Both the position numbers and the translations under genes were made by a program. From positions 1,120,001 to 1,184,000 of the forward strand of contig CBDAOY010000009.1 in the NCBI GenBank assembly GCA_965198225.1: a DNA stretch of 64,000 bases. Reading direction: 5' to 3'. The first letter of the stretch is position 1, and each line of letters begins with the position of its first letter. Shown here in pieces: positions 57,655-64,000 of this stretch. The notes under the pieces are model-generated. The model saw nothing but the letters and a program-made list of their open reading frames with translations. It did not search any database and was not told the DNA's origin. The DNA is from Terriglobia bacterium (GTDB lineage Bacteria > Acidobacteriota > Terriglobia > 20CM-2-55-15).

Positions 57655-60555
57655 CTACGGCGTCCGGCCATTCGCATCAGGAATCGGGTTAGCATTCCGG
57701 TCTATCAGGATGGGACGGCCAAACCCAAGCGCCGAAAGGCGGGGGAGCTGTGTTCGGGCATCGCCGACGACCAGAAACACCATTTGCCCCGGGTCGACAT
57801 ATTCTTCGGCCAGTTCCCGAACTCGCTCGAGTGTCATCTCCCGAACGATCTGCTCGCGCTGAACGACGTAGTCGTTGGGAAACCCGAGGCCACTGATCTT
57901 CTCGAGCATTCCGAGCTTGGCGCGGAGGGTCTCAAACGCCCGTGCGTTGCTCCGGATCAGGTAGTTGCGGGTTGTCTCCAGGTCGCTTTCGGTGAAGCCA
58001 CCCCCGTATCCGGCGAGGATGTTCCGTATGAGTTCTACCGACTCGAGGGTGACGTTAGAGCGGACTCCGGTGGCGACGCTGAAGGGTCCGGGCCTGTCGG
58101 TGCCTGAAAACCACGAAGCGACTCCGTAGGTATACCCCTTCTGTTCTCGGAGCACCTGGTTCAGCCGGGAAACGAAGACCCCTCCCAACCGCAGGTTCAT
58201 CACCGTCGCAGGGAAAAAATCCGCATCGGTCTCGGCTAAAGCCAGGGCGCCGACGCGGATAACCGACTGGCTGGCCCCGGGAACGTCGACGAAGAAAATA
58301 CGACCGCGACCCGGATCGTCCGGGGCTTGATAGCGCGGGAATTCGACTTCTCGAGGCGCCCAGCGCTCGCCCAAACCGGAGAGTGGCGTGGTTGCAGCCT
58401 CGGGCGTGATGTCTCCGGCGACGTGGATACTCGCCACTGAAGGAGAAAGATTGTCCTCGTAGTAGGCCCGGAGGTCGTCGATCGTGATGGATTCCACCGA
58501 CTCGAGGGTTCCCAATACGTTCTCGGCGAGAATGTGGTCCGGCCCGTAGACCAGCCGGTCGAACGCATTTCCGGCGACCGCGTTCGGATCAGCCGACTGT
58601 CGTTGCAGCCGGTTGGTGACTCGCTGCCTCGATCGGGAGAACTCCTCCCCGTCCCAACGGGGTTCGAGAAGAATCTCTTCGACGAGAGCCATCGTTGGGT
58701 CATAGTTCCGCGTCAGGGTGGAACCGGAGACCGTGAGGCTCTCCCGGCCCGCCGAAACGTTGATCGACGAGCCGAGCGCATCGATAGCCTCTTCAAGCTC
58801 CTCCGCCGTCCGCTGGGCGGTTCCCTCCGTCATCATCTCCGCTACCAGGTTGGCGACGCCGACCCTTGACGGGTCATCCAACAGCAAACCGCCTCGGAGG
58901 CGAATCGTGAAGCGGACCACGGGCACTTCCCTCTGCTCGATGCCGTACACTTCGACGCCGTTCGACAGTGTGTGGGTCCAGACCTGCGGCACCGTCAGGG
59001 ACGGCGGGGGGCCGAAGGGCGGTTCCACGGACCGGTCGAACGAAGTGGGCGTCCTCTCGACATCCCTTGTTGGCGGCAGTACCAGGTCCGCCTCCCTACC
59101 CGTGATAATGGCTTCTTCGACAATCTCGGCACGCACCGAGTCGGCCAGAGCCAGATCGGCTTGCCCGGTGGGAACGAAGCTCGTTGCGACGAACGGACGG
59201 CCACGAATGTAGCGTTCATAAACACGCTTCACGGCGTCGGGGGTCACCGCCAGCACGCGCGCGATGTCTTCCGAGAGATACGCCGGTGAGCCGGCGAAGA
59301 TGTTGTATTCGGCCAGGGCGAACGCTTTTCCGAGGATGCTCGAAATACTGTTGTAGCCGTCGTAGAATGCGGTCTCGCGGCCGGCCTTGACCCGCTCCAG
59401 ATCGCCTTCGGAGAACCCTTCCCGCTCAAAGCGTTCGAGCGCCGTCTCGATCGATCGATGGACGCGGTTCAGTTCGACTCCCTCGAAGCCACGAATCCAA
59501 ATGTTGAACTTACCGGCCAGCTCGGCCTCATCGGTGAAGGCATCGACAGAAGGTGCGAGCTTCTCTTCGTCGACAATTACGGTGTAGAGCGGCGACCGCT
59601 TGCCCTCGGCGAGCAGCGCCGCGAGGATCTCGAGCGGGTAGGCGTCCTCGTGATATTTCTCCACCGTGGGCCACGAGATCGTCAGGGTCGGAACGCGCAC
59701 CAGCTTGTCCTCGTGGAAGAGTCGTCTGCTCTCACCCAAATCCACATGCGGAACCTGGCGTGCGGGCGGGCGGGAAGAGGATCTGATCTCACCAAAATAC
59801 TTCTCAATCCAACTCTTGGTCTCGGTCGGATCGAAATCCCCCGCCAAGACGAGGGTTGCGTTGTTCGGCCCGTACCAGGTGCGGTAGAACTCCCGAACGT
59901 CTTCGATCGTCGCGCTGTCGAGGTCCTTGAGCGAACCGATAATCTGCCAGTGGTACGGGTGTGTTGGCGGATACATATTCCGGTCGATGACGAAGTAGGT
60001 GTGGCCGCCGGGACGGTTGTCGACGCTCTGCCGCTTCTCGTTCTTGACGACCTGCTTCTCCTTCTCGACCACCTCTTCGGTCACCGTGTTGATGAAGTAG
60101 CCCATCCGGTCCGATTCAGCCCAGAGAACCTTTTCCAGCGCGTCTCTGGGGACGACCTGGTAGTAGTTCGTCCGATCCTGACTCGTCGAGCCGTTCATGC
60201 TGCCACCGACTTTGTCGATCAGGACGTCGATCCCTCCCGGCCCGAGGTTTTCCGAATCGAGAAACAACAGGTGCTCGAACAGGTGCGCGAACCCTGTCTT
60301 CCCTGGAAGCTCACGAGCGGAGCCGACGTGGTAGGTCATCGCGACGGCGACGATCGGGTCGGACCGGTCGACGTGCAGGACCACATCGAGACCGTTCTCC
60401 AGCGTGTATTTTTCGTAATCGACCGAGAAGGACGGTGTTTCGGGTGCGGGCGCCTGTGAGCACGCGGAAAACAGCAGCACCGCGAGCGCGATCAGACACC
60501 TCGTGGCACGAGTCACGAGTATCTGGAACCTACGCGGTTTTGTGGAGGATTTCAT
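57655..60555 (-). CDS. M16 (pitrilysin/PqqL-like) zinc peptidase, probable lipoprotein
   Basis: Lipobox LLFSAC; AHLFEH; NGSTSQDRTNYY; EKQVVKNE; second half with LREQKGYTYG. Confidence 0.92.
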   Translation of the reverse strand: MKSSTKPRRFQILVTRATRCLIALAVLLFSACSQAPAPETPSFSVDYEKYTLENGLDVVLHVDRSDPIVAVAMTYHVGSARELPGKTGFAHLFEHLLFLDSENLGPGGIDVLIDKVGGSMNGSTSQDRTNYYQVVPRDALEKVLWAESDRMGYFINTVTEEVVEKEKQVVKNEKRQSVDNRPGGHTYFVIDRNMYPPTHPYHWQIIGSLKDLDSATIEDVREFYRTWYGPNNATLVLAGDFDPTETKSWIEKYFGEIRSSSRPPARQVPHVDLGESRRLFHEDKLVRVPTLTISWPTVEKYHEDAYPLEILAALLAEGKRSPLYTVIVDEEKLAPSVDAFTDEAELAGKFNIWIRGFEGVELNRVHRSIETALERFEREGFSEGDLERVKAGRETAFYDGYNSISSILGKAFALAEYNIFAGSPAYLSEDIARVLAVTPDAVKRVYERYIRGRPFVATSFVPTGQADLALADSVRAEIVEEAIITGREADLVLPPTRDVERTPTSFDRSVEPPFGPPPSLTVPQVWTHTLSNGVEVYGIEQREVPVVRFTIRLRGGLLLDDPSRVGVANLVAEMMTEGTAQRTAEELEEAIDALGSSINVSAGRESLTVSGSTLTRNYDPTMALVEEILLEPRWDGEEFSRSRQRVTNRLQRQSADPNAVAGNAFDRLVYGPDHILAENVLGTLESVESITIDDLRAYYEDNLSPSVASIHVAGDITPEAATTPLSGLGERWAPREVEFPRYQAPDDPGRGRIFFVDVPGASQSVIRVGALALAETDADFFPATVMNLRLGGVFVSRLNQVLREQKGYTYGVASWFSGTDRPGPFSVATGVRSNVTLESVELIRNILAGYGGGFTESDLETTRNYLIRSNARAFETLRAKLGMLEKISGLGFPNDYVVQREQIVREMTLERVRELAEEYVDPGQMVFLVVGDARTQLPRLSALGFGRPILIDRNANPIPDANGRTP

Positions 60556-60619
60556 TCGTCGGATTTGTCCGAAGCCAGCATCTTGCGGTTCGGCGCATAC
60601 TCTCCGCGGTCGGACCGTC

Positions 60620-61450
60620 TTACTGCTCGCAACTCGACGCGACCATATCCAGGCCCGTCACGCTGATGCGGTCGCCGCTTGGCCGCCGGATCAAGGCCCC
60701 CCGCGCCAGCAGCTTTTGACCCTCGTGCGAGGCGGGGTCGAAATCACCAAGCATGAAGAAGTTCGTGAGTTGAAACGTCAGTGTGCCCAGCGGCTCGGAA
60801 GCCGCCTCCTGCAGTTCCTCCGGTGTCGGTGTTCGTTCCGGGTCCGGGTCCCTGTTGCGGATGGGCCTGCCCGCGCTCGACAGAACCCAATCGCCTCCCG
60901 CCTGCGTCAGGCAGCCGACGGTCTGGATCAGCGAATTACCCGGCAGGGGCTTCGGCCCGTCCTTTCCCTCGATCCAGATGTTCCGGAGAGAACTTGCGTT
61001 CAGTTCGACCTCGCCGGAGGGAAAACCGTTTTCGCTCAAGATGTGCGCCACGACGATCAGATACTCCGGGTCGCTCAATGACGCCTGCAGGAGGGGCATG
61101 CTGGATCGGATCTTGTTGTAGAGGCTTCCAACGTGGTCTTCCCGCCAGTTCTCGAAGAATTCGTCGCCCTTCAGTTCCGGGCCCCTGAACTCGGCGTCAC
61201 CCGCGATAATCTCACCGTGACATCCGTCGCACTTGTCCTGGAAGATTTCCGCACCCGCCGACGCCTGGGCATCCGTGTAGACACCGTCCCAGACCATCCG
61301 AAGTTCCGGAGCGGCCCCTTGTATCGTTCCGACCGGCTCGGTCTCGCTCCGGGAAACCGGGGTCAGCGTTCCGACAAGCAGAAGCGTGACAAGGGAGACG
61401 TACCCGAGTCTTCGGTACCGTGCTCTCAACGTGTGTTCGTGGGACTGCAT
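60620..61450 (-). CDS. exported c-type cytochrome with a C-terminal extra domain
   Basis: SD AGGAG; TM/signal; VWDGVYT..QA..G...CDGCHG...SMP; C-terminal 'TVGCL...SSCEQ' domain. Confidence 0.85.
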   Translation of the reverse strand: MQSHEHTLRARYRRLGYVSLVTLLLVGTLTPVSRSETEPVGTIQGAAPELRMVWDGVYTDAQASAGAEIFQDKCDGCHGEIIAGDAEFRGPELKGDEFFENWREDHVGSLYNKIRSSMPLLQASLSDPEYLIVVAHILSENGFPSGEVELNASSLRNIWIEGKDGPKPLPGNSLIQTVGCLTQAGGDWVLSSAGRPIRNRDPDPERTPTPEELQEAASEPLGTLTFQLTNFFMLGDFDPASHEGQKLLARGALIRRPSGDRISVTGLDMVASSCEQ

Positions 61451-61621
61451 CCGTCTCCTCGCTCCCGGGGGCTTAACCAAATCCTGGGCTTGGTCGTAAA
61501 TATTACGAAACAGGAGAGTTTGGGTCAATCAAAGGAGCCCGACAATTCAAGCGTCAGGCGGAGATGAGCTCCACCTCTCCTTCAGTTTTCGGACATCCGC
61601 TCCCGGCACAGAAGCCGGCCG

Positions 61622-63148
61622 TCATTCCTGATTCGAAGGCTGACGCAGGTGCGGTCTTTGGAATGGTGCTCCGGGAATGAACTTGCCGGAGCCCGGCTGT
61701 GCGATCACCCGGCCGTTGTCGTAGACGACCTCACCTCGGCGAATCGTCGTCCTGGGAAAGCCGGTGACTTCCCAGCCGGCGTATGTCGAATACCCCACGT
61801 TGGAGAACTGGTCCTCATCGCGGATCGTCTTCTTCATGGCCGGATCCCAGATCACGATGTCGGCATCCGATCCGACCCGGATCGTGCCTTTCCGTGGATA
61901 CATGCCAAACAACTTTGCCGCGTTGGTTGCCGTTACCGCAACGAACTGCTCGAGGGTGATGCGCTCCTTCAAAACGCCCTCGGAGAAAAGCATCGGCAGA
62001 TATTCCTGGAGATTGCTCATCCCCATCCGCTTGTCGACGATAGTTTGCGTTGGATCCAGCTTTGCCTGTCTCGAATAGCCGGTGTGATCGGTGCCGATCG
62101 TGTGGATTGTCCCCTTCCGAATGCCTTCCCACAGCATGTCCTGGTCCCACTTCTCGCGGAGCGGGGGGCCCCCAAGGTACAGTCCGGCATCCGGCCGCTG
62201 ATACACGTCCTGCGTCAGGTGCAGGTACATGGGCCGCGTCTCGACGTACACCGGCAGGCCGCGGGCCATCGCATCTTCCGCCACTCTCAGCGCACGTCCG
62301 GATGACATGTGGAGGATGTAGATGGGCGAACCGGTCGCCTCCGCAATCGCCACCCCCCGCTGCACGGCAACTACCTCCGCGACGACCGGGGCGCTCTGGC
62401 CGAAGTTATGAATCGACCCGCGTCCCTCGGCCATGAGCCGCTCCTGGGCTTCGGCCATGATCGCGTAGTCCTCCGCATGCAGCATGCTCAACACACCTGC
62501 CGGGCCGGATGCCTTGAAGGTCTTGAACCAGGCCAGGGCGTTGAGATCGAACGACTCCCGGGCCAGGAAGTCCTCCCCGGTGCTGACAAAGCCCCGATCC
62601 GCCAGCTCGTCCAGCACCTCCCGCGTAAATCGGGCGGGATCGTCCCCGACGGTCACGTGTATGAAGAAGTCGGCCACCGCTGACTTTTCGATCCCGCCGA
62701 TGACCCGGGCGGCGTAGGCACTGACGTCCTCGCCCGGCCGCATGGGGATGAAATTGGAGATCGTGGTGGCACCGCCGGCGAATGCCGCAGCCGACCCGCT
62801 GACGTAATCGTCCTGGTTCCCCCTGGGTCGCGGCGGATCCGGCATCTCGGGGTTGAGATGCGTGTGTGTGTCGACGGCGCCCGGCAGGAGGAGCATGCCG
62901 CGGGCGTCGATCTCGCGCACTCCGGCAGTCGATGCGAGGTTTCTCCCGATCTCGGCGACCTGTTCACCCCGAATCCGGAGGTCGGCCTCCATCCGGCCTT
63001 CGGCTGTCACGATCAAGCCGTTACGAACGATGATCTCCTGCGGCTGTTGGGCCGCGGCAGGTCCTGCCAGCGCGAAGGCGATGCCCGTGATGCAGACGAG
63101 GGACCACTTCCAGGAACGACCCTGGCGCATTCCGTTCCACGTAACCAT
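61622..63148 (-). CDS. secreted dihydropyrimidinase/hydantoinase-like amidohydrolase
   Basis: SD AAGGAG and signal peptide; PGAVDTHTH, AGGATT, MLHAED, ILHMSS, GTDH, NAAKLFG, GSDADIVIWD. Confidence 0.88.
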   Translation of the reverse strand: MVTWNGMRQGRSWKWSLVCITGIAFALAGPAAAQQPQEIIVRNGLIVTAEGRMEADLRIRGEQVAEIGRNLASTAGVREIDARGMLLLPGAVDTHTHLNPEMPDPPRPRGNQDDYVSGSAAAFAGGATTISNFIPMRPGEDVSAYAARVIGGIEKSAVADFFIHVTVGDDPARFTREVLDELADRGFVSTGEDFLARESFDLNALAWFKTFKASGPAGVLSMLHAEDYAIMAEAQERLMAEGRGSIHNFGQSAPVVAEVVAVQRGVAIAEATGSPIYILHMSSGRALRVAEDAMARGLPVYVETRPMYLHLTQDVYQRPDAGLYLGGPPLREKWDQDMLWEGIRKGTIHTIGTDHTGYSRQAKLDPTQTIVDKRMGMSNLQEYLPMLFSEGVLKERITLEQFVAVTATNAAKLFGMYPRKGTIRVGSDADIVIWDPAMKKTIRDEDQFSNVGYSTYAGWEVTGFPRTTIRRGEVVYDNGRVIAQPGSGKFIPGAPFQRPHLRQPSNQE

Positions 63149-63568
63149 CTTCGATGCTCCTTTCACCGCAGCGACGGAGAGGGCTTCCGACTGAAATCGT
63201 CGCCCGCTGGTTCTACTTCCGTTCGGAAAGGCAGTTTCCTGCCGCTCAGTTTCGCTGACTCGTCGCAAATTCCTTCAAAACGTGCTCCGCCAGAAACTCT
63301 CGAATGGCTGTCCAGCGTCGATTCATCTCTTCGGGGGGAAAGCCCCCGGTGAGGGCCATAGGCTACGTTGCCTCTCAAGCGTTCCTTCGCCTCGTTGGGG
63401 AAACTTGCGTGAATACTACGGCAGGAAGGGGTTGGGGTCAACGAAGTCGCGGGTGAGCGGAACATAGCTCGAGGTCAACCAACAACCCGATTGACCCAGA
63501 TCCTCCTGTTTCGTATTCTCTAGCTGACTTTTCCAAAAAATCGGCGAAGGAACGCCTGAGAGGCAGCT

Positions 63569-63745
63569 ATGGCCCTCAGGGCAGGAACTCGACTCGGCCC
63601 CCTGCAAGTCCGCAACCAAATCGGCGGGCAGTATCGGAGAGTTCTATCGGGCCACCGACACCCACCTGGACCTGGAATCAAATTCTGCCCGAACAAGTTG
63701 GCCGACGTCCCGCAGCGCCGGAGTGTTGTGCACAGATTCGAGATT
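63569..63745 (+). pseudogene. degraded 5' fragment of a Ser/Thr protein kinase
   Basis: MALRAGTRLGPLQV..IG, then in a shifted frame AGSIGEFYRATDTHLD, then IK..P..LAD...RFE; matches Hanks subdomains I-III with indels. Confidence 0.6.
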
Positions 63746-63787
63746 GGTTTTGACCTTAAACACATTCTTTAGAACCAGGAGGATTTC

Positions 63788-64000
63788 ATGAAACCTGAAC
63801 CTGTCGATATTCGGGGAGCTATCGAAGAGGGAAACCGCGGATTTATGTCCACGTTCGCAGGTGGTGACACCGCCGCGATGGCGGCGCTGTACACCGAGAA
63901 CGGACAGCTATTTCCCAGCAACAGCCAGATCATCACCGGGCGGGAACCGATTGCCTCGTTCTGGCAGCAGGTGATGGACATGGGCATCAAGACGGCAATG
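63788..64000 (+). CDS. NTF2/SnoaL-like (DUF4440/YybH) protein, truncated by the window edge
   Basis: SD AGGAGG; MKPEPVDIRGAIEEGNRGFMSTFAGGDTAAMAALYTENG...ITGREPIASFW; open to position 64000. Confidence 0.78.
   Translation, partial: MKPEPVDIRGAIEEGNRGFMSTFAGGDTAAMAALYTENGQLFPSNSQIITGREPIASFWQQVMDMGIKTAM

Noticed and set aside
1-64000. tRNA, rRNA, tmRNA or known riboswitches
   Set aside because: No recognisable signatures seen by eye; a covariance-model scan would be needed to exclude them

Overview
GC-rich bacterial chromosome segment. Several gene styles (many secreted PQQ-type beta-propellers, a Tat-exported VOC protein, DUF5916 barrels, an 'MALxAGTRLGP' kinase start) suggest Acidobacteriota, which is an inference. 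From left to right: (1) a YfiR-like protein, a hybrid histidine kinase, a response regulator and a REC-PAS-GGDEF-EAL protein; (2) a DUF3179 protein followed in frame by a small ORF with three CxxCH motifs; (3) a GH19-SH3-Cys/His peptidoglycan hydrolase, a membrane patatin/cPLA2-like phospholipase and a secreted RCC1-repeat protein; (4) an ArgR-regulated arginine operon (argB-H-G-X-C-D-F') with an acyl-ornithine transcarbamylase, no argA/argJ/argE, and an embedded DUF1611-like P-loop gene; (5) a split cluster of seven exported PQQ-like beta-propeller genes with an Fe-alcohol dehydrogenase, a HemN-like radical SAM enzyme, a hotdog thioesterase and a flavin-dependent halogenase-like enzyme, interrupted by rluA-family, serC, hicAB, an integrase remnant and several hydrolases; (6) tandem DUF5916 outer-membrane paralogs, a Tat-exported FMN alpha-hydroxy-acid oxidase with a CxxCH insert, an M16 peptidase, a cytochrome c and a secreted hydantoinase-like enzyme. 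Non-coding elements are a modular three-copy MITE and two REP families. Three genes in the first 15 kb carry single frameshifts that may be assembly indels. I saw no rRNA, tRNA or CRISPR array. All family assignments come from motif recognition by eye, not from database searches.
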